A stretch of 48,791 bases of DNA, from the IMG/VR virus record IMGVR_UViG_3300036940_000563, positions 1 through 48,791 of that record; one strand, given 5' to 3'. The notes beneath the pieces were generated by a model. It had not been told where the DNA came from. It saw nothing but the letters and a program-made list of their open reading frames with translations, and made no database searches. Positions 1-9,666 of this stretch are shown one piece after another. The DNA is from a virus (lineage: Duplodnaviria > Caudoviricetes). Both the position numbers and the translations under genes were made by a program. Positions within the stretch are counted from its first letter, which is position 1. The number at the start of each line of letters is the position of its first letter.

Positions 1-82
1 ATTTGAGTTGTTCTTTTTTTGACTTTTTTTCCACTTTCTTCTTCTTTTCTTAAATAGTTATCCACAGTATTTCAATTTTTAT

Positions 83-370
83 TTAACAATTACCTATATT
101 TGTTATTATCTTATTTTTAAGTAGATAACCTTTTATTTGTTTAATCCTCTTATTTAATATTTGAGGTCTTGATAAAGGTTCATTATATCTAGAGAAAGTT
201 ATAGGACCATTATATTTACATTGTTTTAGCTCTTTAATTAAACTATGTAATATGTCATTTTCTATCTCTTTAAAATTACTTTTTCTATCAATAAAACTAT
301 TTGGACACCATTTGCACTTTCTATTGCAATAGTTGAAAAGCTCAATTTCTACTAGTCTTAGTTCTCTCAT
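83..370 (-). pseudogene. Radical SAM protein, N-terminal part only (95 aa, probably truncated)
   Basis: CxxxCxxC motif (CNRKCKWC) and SRYNEP (GGEP-like); stops just after 'IITN', far short of a full barrel. Confidence 0.65.
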
Positions 371-926
371 ATTCAGCCATCTCTCTTTTAAATATTTCTT
401 TATTAGTAAAAAATTTTGAAGCTGGAGGTAAGTTACCCATTTTTAACCTTAACTCCGTCAATAGATATACATCTATATCTACTGTATATTTAATAATTTC
501 ACCTAATTCTCCAATAAGCAAACTTTCTATATCATCTTTTGCCTTATTTAATTTATATGTTAAAATTCCTTTATTTAGATGATATAGATTATTGGGATTA
601 TAAATACATAATAAATTTATATTGGCTCCTATTCTTTTCAGTCCCTCTACTCTATGATTTCCTTCTAATATTAAATTATCTCTATTAACGTATATTGGAG
701 CATACATTCCTCTATTAATAATATCTTTTCCTAAATTATTGTAACTAAAAAAAGATAATAATCCCCTTCTATTATCTTTATACTTTTCTGTATTATAGTT
801 TTTTATCATTCCGTTATTAACTTCTAGCTCATTTACAGGTAAAAAATCATACTCTTTTGTTAATACTATATTCTTTATATTATTCATATATAGATTAAAA
901 TAGTAATCATAATTCATAATTACCAC
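342..926 (-). CDS. ParB/Srx-like N-terminal domain protein
   Basis: PIYVNRDNLILEGNHRVEGL resembles the ParB GxHR motif; very AT-rich. Confidence 0.55.
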   Translation of the reverse strand: MVIMNYDYYFNLYMNNIKNIVLTKEYDFLPVNELEVNNGMIKNYNTEKYKDNRRGLLSFFSYNNLGKDIINRGMYAPIYVNRDNLILEGNHRVEGLKRIGANINLLCIYNPNNLYHLNKGILTYKLNKAKDDIESLLIGELGEIIKYTVDIDVYLLTELRLKMGNLPPASKFFTNKEIFKREMAEYERTKTSRN

Positions 927-2320
927 ACTATGTCATAAATCACTTTTAGTATTTGAGATGCACCTTTGGTTAAAGGAGAACCTAAGTTATTAATTGTAGA
1001 TAAAAATCTAAAAGGCAGACATGTAAAAATACCTATAGAATGATAAGTAGGATAACTTGGAGCATAACCTCTATGATAGCTTACAAGATAAAAAGGTTCA
1101 TCTACATATACTCCACTAGAATATAATGTCGTTCCAGTACCTTGTAGATAATTATAATCTCCAGTATCTTGAAGATATACTCTATTCCAGACTTTCTCCT
1201 CAATTAAATCTACATAATATGTTTCATATCTAGTATCTCTATTAGATGAAGTAACATAAATATCATCCATTCTAGTTGTCATACAAAATATGCTGTTAGG
1301 ATATTTCTTTGAAAAATTAAATCCTGTGATATTGCTTCCACAATCCATAATAGCATGTTCTGATACTGTATTTCGGTAAGTCCAATAAACGTCATTTCCA
1401 TTAGCCCACACTATTTTATCCGAAGAGATTTTCCACTTGGTAGGAGTAGCTGTATAAGCAATATTAAAAGTTAACTCTTCTATAAATGAATCTGTTTCTA
1501 TATCGTATTTATGTATTTTAAATCCTACTCCAGTTTGATAATATAATACATAAAAATAAGTATTGTCTATGCAAGGATGTCCTGCTCTAGTATAATTTAA
1601 AGGACCAGCTTCACTAATAGTAATAGTTTTTCTATTCCCGCTATCAGTATCAAATTTTATATCTCCTGAAAATGCTTTTGGACTTCTATCATATAAAACT
1701 TTGCCTTTATAAAATGGAACAATCCAAAAATTATCAAAATTAAAATTACTACTAGTTCCTAGAGCTTCATATAATAACATATAGTTATCGGATATATCAG
1801 ATAATTTTCTAGAGTAATTCTCGCTATATTTAAAGTTTTTACTATAATATGTATCTAAAGTTGGTATAGAGGGTAGATCCACTGAGCCTGATACATCTTG
1901 TGTTAAGGATAATGCATATATATCCCCTACAGCTACATTAGTTCCAAAGTCCCATACTTTTCTGTATCCTGATATTCTATCCCCATCATATAAATCTCCA
2001 CTTTCTAATTCATTTAGAGACCCTCTTTTTACATCAACTCCAGAATATAAATCATATGCATATCCAATTAACTCATCATTAACTTCTGTGGTAATACATT
2101 CATTTCCATCTACGGGTTTATTATTAGCAAATAATAATATTCCTTGAGCTAATTCAGAAAAAGGAATCGAAATGGCCTGTCCCAAATTAAAAGCAGGATA
2201 TTCACAATATTTTTTATGAATTATATCTATTACTTTAGTTAAATAGTTTTCTTCTACTATTTCTTTTTCAATTTTATTTGTATTGGCATCTATTAATTGT
2301 AATCTTGTAATACCTTTCAT
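920..2320 (-). CDS. Putative tail-tip / receptor-binding protein
   Basis: Follows Tal; conserved-looking N- and C-termini around a Tyr/beta-rich centre. Confidence 0.5.
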   Translation of the reverse strand: MKGITRLQLIDANTNKIEKEIVEENYLTKVIDIIHKKYCEYPAFNLGQAISIPFSELAQGILLFANNKPVDGNECITTEVNDELIGYAYDLYSGVDVKRGSLNELESGDLYDGDRISGYRKVWDFGTNVAVGDIYALSLTQDVSGSVDLPSIPTLDTYYSKNFKYSENYSRKLSDISDNYMLLYEALGTSSNFNFDNFWIVPFYKGKVLYDRSPKAFSGDIKFDTDSGNRKTITISEAGPLNYTRAGHPCIDNTYFYVLYYQTGVGFKIHKYDIETDSFIEELTFNIAYTATPTKWKISSDKIVWANGNDVYWTYRNTVSEHAIMDCGSNITGFNFSKKYPNSIFCMTTRMDDIYVTSSNRDTRYETYYVDLIEEKVWNRVYLQDTGDYNYLQGTGTTLYSSGVYVDEPFYLVSYHRGYAPSYPTYHSIGIFTCLPFRFLSTINNLGSPLTKGASQILKVIYDIVW

Positions 2321-2331
2321 TTTATTACTCC

Positions 2332-2925
2332 TTATTCAAATGTTGTTTGTATAGTTCCTTCTATAATTCCATAATCTAATCCTGTTGTTAATATACTTAA
2401 ATCTTCAGGAAAAGTTTCAGATAGTGGATTTAATATAGGAGTTATCAAACTATTATTAATTTGATGTATCATATTATAAGATAACCCTACCGAGCTTATT
2501 AAACTTATTTCATAATTAACTCCAAATTTTCTATATAATATCATAGGTACTCCATGAGGATAGTAATTCACAACAAAACTGGGTAGAGCATCTAAATCAC
2601 CTTGCTTGGTATTGTACATTATATTTACTACTCCATTACAAGAGAAATAATTGGTTGTTAAAAATTTTATTGTAGTATCATTAATTCTCTCCCACCCTAA
2701 TATCTCGATTAAATATTGATCTTGTATATAGGTAGCGGTAAAATACAAAGCATCTATATAGCTTTCTATTTCAACCTCTGGAATATGTCTCCCAAAGTCT
2801 ATGGTAATTGACTCCGTATCATCATTGCTTATACTTTCAGGCTGCCAAGATTGGGCTACTCCATAAGGTATACCTTTCATAGCTAAACCTGTTATAAAAC
2901 CATTATTGAAATCTTGACTCGACAT
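2332..2925 (-). CDS. Hypothetical tail-associated protein
   Basis: 197-aa ORF with RBS in the tail operon. Confidence 0.5.
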   Translation of the reverse strand: MSSQDFNNGFITGLAMKGIPYGVAQSWQPESISNDDTESITIDFGRHIPEVEIESYIDALYFTATYIQDQYLIEILGWERINDTTIKFLTTNYFSCNGVVNIMYNTKQGDLDALPSFVVNYYPHGVPMILYRKFGVNYEISLISSVGLSYNMIHQINNSLITPILNPLSETFPEDLSILTTGLDYGIIEGTIQTTFE

Positions 2926-2937
2926 TTAATCACCCCT

Positions 2938-4722
2938 TTATGGTAGATTACCTGAATGTACTGTTACTGGAATTTCCTGTCCTGTATCAACCTCAGTTAT
3001 TAAAGAGATATATCCATTCACATCAAAATCAGTTAAATAAGTTTTAACATCTGTGCCTTTCCATTTAACTTTAAATCCATTGTCATATATATTTAAGTCT
3101 TCCAAAGTAATTCCATTAGCATAGGGATAAAAATACAACCCATCATCAGTTAGCCCTATTTCAATTAAATCACCTGTGTTCTGCTTAAAGTATTGAATTT
3201 TTAAACCATTTGTATCCTTAAACAGATAGCTTTTTCCGCTATTATCATAAACTCCATCCCCGGCACCTAGTCTAATCTTTGGAGTAGCTGCTCCTGTATT
3301 TATATCAAAATCAAAAAACAGGCTCATTTTTACAGTTTCATCATATTGATAAATCATTACCGGGTAATCTGTTTCTTTTAGTGTAGTTATAGTGTTGGTT
3401 TCATCAGTCCAATAAACTGGATTGTTATCTCTAGTTAATAATTGTTCAGATAAGGGATTGCCATATTCATCAAGCTTTACAGATGCAGTAATACAATCAT
3501 CATACTGCTCGTAGATTCTTTTGAATGACATGTCACTTGTATCGCTATTTAAATATCTATCGACTTTATTTGATGTTTCCACCATGTCTACGGTTAGTTT
3601 TGCAATAGCACCATTTTCTGCATAAAGTGCTTCAGTTATTACTGTATTTGAAACCGTTACATCAAATTCTGCTTCCAGTGCTTCAATCATTCCTGCAGAC
3701 AATACTCCGTCAAAGATGTATTTACCTTCTATAGGATCAAAGTACAATTTGTTTATCCAGTTTTCTCCAGAACCATCTCCAGACTGCAAGGCAAAAGTAT
3801 CTGAATTAAATATACCTCTCGCCATTTTGTCATTTCTTATGCTTTCAAATCCTGTATCAGGACTTATCCTTATTCCATGGTAAGTCTTTCCTTTTGCCAG
3901 TGTATCTCTTTGAATCTTAGTAACCTTGTCTGTTAGAAGTTCAATGCTGTTTGCGATTTCTAGTTTTGAGTTTATAGCTCTTACTGGATTATAGGACCTT
4001 TTCACCACCTTGTTTTGTATATCAATATTTATAGCCTTATCAATTATTCTGATGGTGTCTCCCACTCCAACTGTTTCTAAGTCTTTTAACTCTGAATATT
4101 CTGGATGGTTTTTAAGTTCAAGCAAATCAATATCGTAATATGTCAGGTTGCTTCTTCTGTCTATAATCTTTTTAATTCCCTTTAAGTTCTTACCAAATAT
4201 CGTCGCAAAACCTTTGTTTTCTCCAATAGTGTTTTTAAGAGAGATTGTAAATCCATCATAATCAACTTCTAACTCTAATAAGTTTGCCAGCTTTTGAACC
4301 AACCCCAGCTTGTTAGTTTCCTCGTAAACTGCAAAGGTTATTATATCTGTCCTGTCAATTACACCTGCAGAAAATTCTGTACCAGATAATATGTCTGCAA
4401 GTATCTGAGAAGGAGCTCCGTCAAAAGTATAGTATTCTACTTCGTTTTCTATAAGCCTGTAGCTTACATGCTCGCATTCAATTCGGTAGGTTAGAGTATC
4501 TGAATGTTCCTTTTCAATGTATTTAATGTCGAAGTAGTATCCGTCGCAAAGAATATATCCTTCTGATTCCAGATAAATGCTTTTAAGATCATCTTCCAGA
4601 AGTTCAAAACTTAGAGTAAATTCTCCGTTGATCTTTCTTGTAATCTGTATGCTGTCTTCTATTATCACATCATCAAGGTAGGCCGTCTTTTCATTTGTAC
4701 TTCTATTAAAAAGAGTTATCAA
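2938..4722 (-). CDS. Tail spike / Tal (prophage tail endopeptidase-like N-terminus)
   Basis: Follows Dit; ITRKINGEFTLSF, CEHVSY and VGVGDTIRIID motifs. Confidence 0.8.
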   Translation of the reverse strand: MITLFNRSTNEKTAYLDDVIIEDSIQITRKINGEFTLSFELLEDDLKSIYLESEGYILCDGYYFDIKYIEKEHSDTLTYRIECEHVSYRLIENEVEYYTFDGAPSQILADILSGTEFSAGVIDRTDIITFAVYEETNKLGLVQKLANLLELEVDYDGFTISLKNTIGENKGFATIFGKNLKGIKKIIDRRSNLTYYDIDLLELKNHPEYSELKDLETVGVGDTIRIIDKAINIDIQNKVVKRSYNPVRAINSKLEIANSIELLTDKVTKIQRDTLAKGKTYHGIRISPDTGFESIRNDKMARGIFNSDTFALQSGDGSGENWINKLYFDPIEGKYIFDGVLSAGMIEALEAEFDVTVSNTVITEALYAENGAIAKLTVDMVETSNKVDRYLNSDTSDMSFKRIYEQYDDCITASVKLDEYGNPLSEQLLTRDNNPVYWTDETNTITTLKETDYPVMIYQYDETVKMSLFFDFDINTGAATPKIRLGAGDGVYDNSGKSYLFKDTNGLKIQYFKQNTGDLIEIGLTDDGLYFYPYANGITLEDLNIYDNGFKVKWKGTDVKTYLTDFDVNGYISLITEVDTGQEIPVTVHSGNLP

Positions 4723-4736
4723 AACTTTTCACCTCC

Positions 4737-5441
4737 CTAGATATATGTGTCGTAGTATTCTATTAGGACATTAGAAACTGTACCGGTTATTAAAAGTTCA
4801 GAGCTTCCCGGAGGTATTTTAATAAAATCTCCAGAGTGAATATCCAACTTGTTTTCCTTTAAATCGTTGTAAACTAAATATCTTTTACTATCTAAGGTAA
4901 TCTTTTCTGTTAATCCAGTTAGATTTAGAATCTTATCATCTAATGTTAAAAAAATATCTCCCGTTCCAGTAACTGATATTATTGTTTCTGCTTCTTCTGT
5001 TCCATCATTTATTAATGTTATACTTGTAGGATTATCTACACTAATGCTTTTAAAGGTTCCAAGCTGAAAAGGTTCGGTTTCAAATACAACCTTAAAGTTT
5101 TCTACAACCTGATTTAGTGACAGATCTATACCACTTACTGTTCTTACCACCCTGTATGTCTTGTCACTTTCACCGTCAAGGATGAGATCTCCTGTTCCAG
5201 AAAGCCAGAAGGCTATTTCCCTTGCTCTTTGTCTTCTGCTTTGGATTGTTCTTTTTATTAAGCTGCAGTCAAACTCCAGTGTTTTATTGTTATATCCATC
5301 TTCAAATATATACTGACCGTTTCTTCCGGGAACAGTCATTCTTTCAAATCTCTTTGATGGTATCAACTGATTATTGTCAGTCTTTACTATTAGTCCTTCA
5401 AATTCTCTTGAATGTTTTCCTCTATATGTAAAACCTATCAT
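4737..5441 (-). CDS. Distal tail protein (Dit)
   Basis: Follows TMP; FTYRGKHS, VPGRNG and FETEPF motifs. Confidence 0.85.
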   Translation of the reverse strand: MIGFTYRGKHSREFEGLIVKTDNNQLIPSKRFERMTVPGRNGQYIFEDGYNNKTLEFDCSLIKRTIQSRRQRAREIAFWLSGTGDLILDGESDKTYRVVRTVSGIDLSLNQVVENFKVVFETEPFQLGTFKSISVDNPTSITLINDGTEEAETIISVTGTGDIFLTLDDKILNLTGLTEKITLDSKRYLVYNDLKENKLDIHSGDFIKIPPGSSELLITGTVSNVLIEYYDTYI

Positions 5442-7609
5442 GTAAGTGCAACCCCTCTTTCATTTCTTCTTTGCAGGAGATACAGCTCTCTTGCTATGTT
5501 TTTTATGTCGCTGTCTTTTCTTACTGTCATATTTGCTATATTAAAGTAGTTTTGTGTGCCGGTTCCTTTTACTAAATCATTTCTGCCTAAATTAGCGTCT
5601 ATGTTAAATGATGTAGGTATGGTCCTGCTCATCTGGTTTTCAACATCCTTCATGGATTTGGTAAATCCTTCACCTATGCCTTCACTCATGTTGGCACCTA
5701 TACCTGCAAATACTTTGGAAGGAGAATTAATTCCCAGCACGTTTTTTACACCATTTACAATTCCACCTACCATGTTGTCTACCTTTCCTTTAAGCCATCC
5801 AATCATAGAAGATATGCCTTCCCATAAGCCTTTGGATATGTTTTTTCCTACATCTTTCACAGAAGGAATGCCTTTTGTAAATCCGCCGACTATTGATGTA
5901 ATTATCTGTGGAAGCTGAGCTACAAGTTGAGGTATTGCACTGATTAGTCCTGAAGCTAACTGAAGAGTTATCTGAACTCCCATGTTAATTATGGTCGGAA
6001 GATTGTTTGTTATAAATAGTATTATACTGTTTATGATCTGAGGAAGTGCTTCTATTAAAGTAGGCAGTGAGTTTAAAAGTCCCTGGGTCAGTCCGTTTAT
6101 AATCTGAAAGGCTGCATCAAGGACAAGGTCTAAGTTGTTAATTAAAGTTTCAACTATTAATATAACCGCTTCTACCATTGAAGGTACAAGTTCCGGTAGC
6201 GATAACCCTATTCCTTCACTTAAAGCTTTAACTAACATTATTGCTGCTTCTATTAATAGGGGCAGGTTATCTATTAGTGTCTGTATAATAGTCATTACTG
6301 CTTCTACTCCTGCAGGGATAAGTTCGGGAAGTAAGCTAAGTAATGTTCCTAGTACCTGACTGAATAAATCAGTTACTGTAGTTAATAAAAGAGGTAACAG
6401 TTCTCCAATAGCTAATATAATTCCATCCATTGCCGGAGGTAGAGCAACCACTATATTTTCAATGATAGGCACTATATTTTCTACTACCGACTGAAAGGCG
6501 TCTACTAGATTTTCAGTTAGATTAGTCATATCAGCATCTGCATTTCCAAGGCCAGCTGTAAAAGATCCAAGAGCTGCTTGCAAAAGCCCTATGGAACCAG
6601 TAACTGTTTGAGTAGATTCCTTGGCAAAGTTTCCGGCATACTGCTCAGTGTTTTCAAAGAACATCTGCATAGCAACTTGGGCTTTCTCAGCTTGTGTAGC
6701 ACTTGCCCATGTAAAGTCCAGACCCTTAGCTAAGGCATAGGCTTCAACACTAGTGGCATTCATAGCAACTCCCAGATTATCCATCATTGTAAAGTTACCT
6801 TTAGCTGCTCCTGCTACGGAATCGAGGGCCATCTGCATGTCAATCCCCATAACAGAAGCCATATCAGCTGCCCTTTGCATAGCTTTTTCTGTAAGTTCAA
6901 GACTTTTTTCCTGGTCAACTCCAGAACCTTGAAATAGGGCACCCATTTTATTTGCTGTAGCAAGATACTGACTTTGAGAAACTCCCAGATTTTTATATGC
7001 TTCTTCTCCAGTCTTTTGAATGGAATCTGCATACTCACCGAATACTGCTTCAGAGCCGCCTAAGTTCTGCTCAAGCTCCCCGAACTGCTGAACTACTTCC
7101 TTGCCTATTTTAACTGCAGCTGCTCCTGCTGCTAAAGCAACAGAACCCATGGCAAGACCCATGCCTTTTAGAATGCCGCCCATATTCTCAAACTTGCTTC
7201 CTGCATCTTCAGCAGCTTTTCCAGATTTCTCTAGATTTTCTCCTAGATCCTTAGCTTCCTTAGCCGATTCGTCCAGTTCTCTTTCCATTTTGTTAAGGTC
7301 AGCATTTGCATAGTTTAATTGTGTCCTCCAGGCTTTAGTTCTCTTGTCATTTTCTCCAAAGGAATCAGAAGCATTCTTTAGTGCTGATTCTAAAGTTTTA
7401 ATCTTGTTCTTCTGGGCATCTATCTCTTTATTCAACACTTCATTTCTGGCAGTCACAGCTTGGATAGACTTGTCCTGTTTGTCAAACTGAGATGTTACCA
7501 GTTTCATTTCCGAGCCTAAAACCTTAAAATCTCTGTTTATTTCTCTCAAGGCATTCTTGAATTCCTTCTCACCTTCAAGACCAATCTTTAAACCAAAATT
7601 ATCAGACAT
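5438..7609 (-). CDS. Tape measure protein (723 aa)
   Basis: MSDNFGLKIGLEGEKEF start, coiled coil, ~11-aa hydrophobic repeats, LGINSPSKVF motif. Confidence 0.92.
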   Translation of the reverse strand: MSDNFGLKIGLEGEKEFKNALREINRDFKVLGSEMKLVTSQFDKQDKSIQAVTARNEVLNKEIDAQKNKIKTLESALKNASDSFGENDKRTKAWRTQLNYANADLNKMERELDESAKEAKDLGENLEKSGKAAEDAGSKFENMGGILKGMGLAMGSVALAAGAAAVKIGKEVVQQFGELEQNLGGSEAVFGEYADSIQKTGEEAYKNLGVSQSQYLATANKMGALFQGSGVDQEKSLELTEKAMQRAADMASVMGIDMQMALDSVAGAAKGNFTMMDNLGVAMNATSVEAYALAKGLDFTWASATQAEKAQVAMQMFFENTEQYAGNFAKESTQTVTGSIGLLQAALGSFTAGLGNADADMTNLTENLVDAFQSVVENIVPIIENIVVALPPAMDGIILAIGELLPLLLTTVTDLFSQVLGTLLSLLPELIPAGVEAVMTIIQTLIDNLPLLIEAAIMLVKALSEGIGLSLPELVPSMVEAVILIVETLINNLDLVLDAAFQIINGLTQGLLNSLPTLIEALPQIINSIILFITNNLPTIINMGVQITLQLASGLISAIPQLVAQLPQIITSIVGGFTKGIPSVKDVGKNISKGLWEGISSMIGWLKGKVDNMVGGIVNGVKNVLGINSPSKVFAGIGANMSEGIGEGFTKSMKDVENQMSRTIPTSFNIDANLGRNDLVKGTGTQNYFNIANMTVRKDSDIKNIARELYLLQRRNERGVALT

Positions 7610-7637
7610 ATATCATCACCTCCTCATTTAAGGCATG

Positions 7638-7664
7638 AAAAAAGACACCTCTTTTGAAGTGTCT
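7638..7664 (-). terminator. Intrinsic terminator upstream of the TMP gene
   Basis: AGACACTTC-AAAA-GAGGTGTCT followed by a T run. Confidence 0.75.
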
Positions 7665-7695
7665 GTAATATATAAATATATTATTAATTTCAAAA

Positions 7696-7767
7696 TTATT
7701 ACCCGCGTTCTTACCCGAATTCTTACCGGCATTCTTACCGGCGTTCTTACCGACATTATTACCGACA
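7696..7767. repeat. 6 x 12-bp imperfect tandem repeat
   Basis: ttattacccgcg/ttcttacccgaa/ttcttaccggca/ttcttaccggcg/ttcttaccgaca/ttattaccgaca. Confidence 0.9.
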
Positions 7768-7821
7768 TTCTTGATAGAATTAGTTATTGAAGAATTGATC
7801 TTTAAAAAAATTAACGCATTT

Positions 7822-7906
7822 GAAAACTCTCTTTAATCTCTCTTAAGACATTTTAAAATTCTTTTTCTACTTCAACAACTATTTTCAGTTCAAAATTATC
7901 AGACAT
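7822..7906 (-). pseudogene. Degenerate second copy of the TMP 5' end
   Basis: Translates MSDNFELKIVVEVEKEF*NVLREIKESF versus TMP MSDNFGLKIGLEGEKEFKNALREINRDF. Confidence 0.85.
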
Positions 7907-8097
7907 ATAAACTCATCTCTTTTTTGAAGTGCTTGTAATATAACATTATCTATTTATAATGTAACATCACTATTGTTACATAGAAAGTCTAAAAAGTTAC
8001 ATTTAAAATTATATTTGTCTTTCATGCTAAAAACATTTTTAGATTTAGCACAATTGTCAAATCACACAATTACTCTTTATTTTCTTGATTCCATAAT

Positions 8098-8967
8098 TCA
8101 AGAAATAGTCTCGTATTTAGGCTTAAGCTTATTGTACTCTACCTTGAATTCATCATCTTTTAATAATTTATCTTTGATTTCTTCAATATTTACACAAGGT
8201 TTACTAGGGTAGTTACAAAAATCTCTTATAACACATCTGTCGCATTTTGGATTTGCTGTGCATATTTCACCATATCCATCAGCGCAGTAGCTCCATAAAA
8301 CAATGTCGAGATAAGATTTCAGATATCCTGTATTCTTGGCAATAGTATCAAATATTTTTATTACTTCTATCTCGGATGCTATACTAGAGTTGGAATATCC
8401 TAATCTATCATCGCCCAATATTCTCCTCATATGAAGGTCAGGCTTTGCTCCATCTATTCCTACATGTCTTAAGAACTCCCAAGCAAGAGCATAACCGATA
8501 TACTTTAATTTATATTTACCTTTTGATATAATCTTTGCTATCTTGTCAGCTGGATACTCTTCATAAAAATTATCAAGACTTCCATAATCTTTTTCTATCT
8601 TCTCAAGAATATGAATATCATAAGATAATGACTCCATCTGCTTTTTTGTTGACACGTTTCCACACCTTAATTCAAATATTCCATCGTAGAAATATTCTGC
8701 AGGAGTAGATAGTATCTTGTTTTTATCATATTGAAAAAATAACTTATCAATGTTTCTTAACTGGGGTGCTACATCTTTCCACTTCCTCTGATTACCGAGA
8801 AAAGCATAAATTAAAGCTTTTATATTGTCCTCAAAGCTAAATATTTTACCTTCTTTTCTTGCCTTTATATTTCTTATCAAGTCATGATTCTCAAAATCAA
8901 TATTGTTTTCTATTAAATACTCTACCACTTTATCGATTATTGCCTTATCCTTCACTTTTTCCATCAT
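8098..8967 (-). CDS. HhH-GPD superfamily DNA glycosylase-like protein with EndoIII-type 4Fe-4S motif (moron)
   Basis: LKYIGYALA...GIDGAKPDLH HhH-GPD-like motif; C-x6-C-x2-C-x5-C (CTANPKCDRCVIRDFC). Confidence 0.72.
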   Translation of the reverse strand: MMEKVKDKAIIDKVVEYLIENNIDFENHDLIRNIKARKEGKIFSFEDNIKALIYAFLGNQRKWKDVAPQLRNIDKLFFQYDKNKILSTPAEYFYDGIFELRCGNVSTKKQMESLSYDIHILEKIEKDYGSLDNFYEEYPADKIAKIISKGKYKLKYIGYALAWEFLRHVGIDGAKPDLHMRRILGDDRLGYSNSSIASEIEVIKIFDTIAKNTGYLKSYLDIVLWSYCADGYGEICTANPKCDRCVIRDFCNYPSKPCVNIEEIKDKLLKDDEFKVEYNKLKPKYETIS

Positions 8968-9020
8968 AATCCCCCACTATAGTAATTTATGGTAAATGAC
9001 CGACAAATATATTCAAACTA

Positions 9021-9049
9021 ATTCTAACAGTATGGGGATTGATTTGCAA
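9021..9049 (-). promoter_or_regulatory. SigA-type promoter of the glycosylase moron
   Basis: TTGCAA-17 nt-TAGAAT with extended -10 TG. Confidence 0.65.
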
Positions 9050-9054
9050 TCAAA

Positions 9055-9264
9055 TTAAATTCCATATGGAACTAAATCATCAATAAAATATTCCCTTCTC
9101 GGTTTTGAGATACCAATAAACTGCTTATGGCATTCCCAAAGGTCCATAATATATCCAATAGGCATAAGCCACACCTCATCTTCTTTTCTGTTTAAGTGTA
9201 CTGTTCCGTAATAAATAAGTCGGGTAAATAATTCATCATCACTTACCCGACTACTTGGTTTTTT
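9055..9264 (-). CDS. Tail assembly chaperone -1 frameshift extension (gpGT-like)
   Basis: Slippery A AAA AAC at 9258-9264; the -1 frame reads ...PSSRVSDDELFTRLIYYGTVHL...DDLVPYGI*; 15-bp hairpin at 9218-9252. Confidence 0.85.
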   Translation of the reverse strand, partial: KKPSSRVSDDELFTRLIYYGTVHLNRKEDEVWLMPIGYIMDLWECHKQFIGISKPRREYFIDDLVPYGI

Positions 9265-9653
9265 GAGTCTTCACTTATCACTTCTCTTCTAGTTCCCTTC
9301 ATCATACTTGCCATTATAGCATTCTTGTAGTTTGCCAAATCAAAAGGTGTAGTAAGAACTTCAACTTCTTCTTCCTTTAACAAATCTTTTTTATCATCCT
9401 TGTTTTTTATGTTATGAATTAGAATAGATTGATTTGCCAGCAGGGTTATAAGCCATATGATTTCATCTAGGGCCAGTTCAAAGTTTTCAGTTTTCATCAG
9501 CTTGTCACCTAGTTTTTCAAGACCCCCATATCTTTTTGATATTTCCTTTGTAGCCCTGGTGGTTAGGATCAGTTTGTATTCCTTATCTCCTATTTTTATA
9601 ATAGAGCTTCTTTCTTCCGATACATCATCTATCTTTATATTATCATCTGACAT
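9243..9653 (-). CDS. Tail assembly chaperone (gpG-like)
   Basis: Between major tail protein and TMP; ends at the slippery site. Confidence 0.85.
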   Translation of the reverse strand: MSDDNIKIDDVSEERSSIIKIGDKEYKLILTTRATKEISKRYGGLEKLGDKLMKTENFELALDEIIWLITLLANQSILIHNIKNKDDKKDLLKEEEVEVLTTPFDLANYKNAIMASMMKGTRREVISEDSKNQVVG

Positions 9654-9666
9654 TTATTTACCTCCA

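Noticed and set aside
58-66. DnaA box TTATCCACA (another at ~14282)
   Set aside because: Isolated single 9-mers, plausible by chance in AT-rich DNA
5222-7313. Short antisense or alternate-frame ORFs in Dit/TMP, and similar ones elsewhere
   Set aside because: Shadows of real genes with no motifs or RBS, unlike the nested HNH
7696-7767. Mini CRISPR array
   Set aside because: Contiguous 12-mers without spacers; no cas operon (DUF2800 is a phage replication nuclease)
7822-7906. DGR template repeat for the TMP 5' end
   Set aside because: Differences are not adenine-specific and many are synonymous
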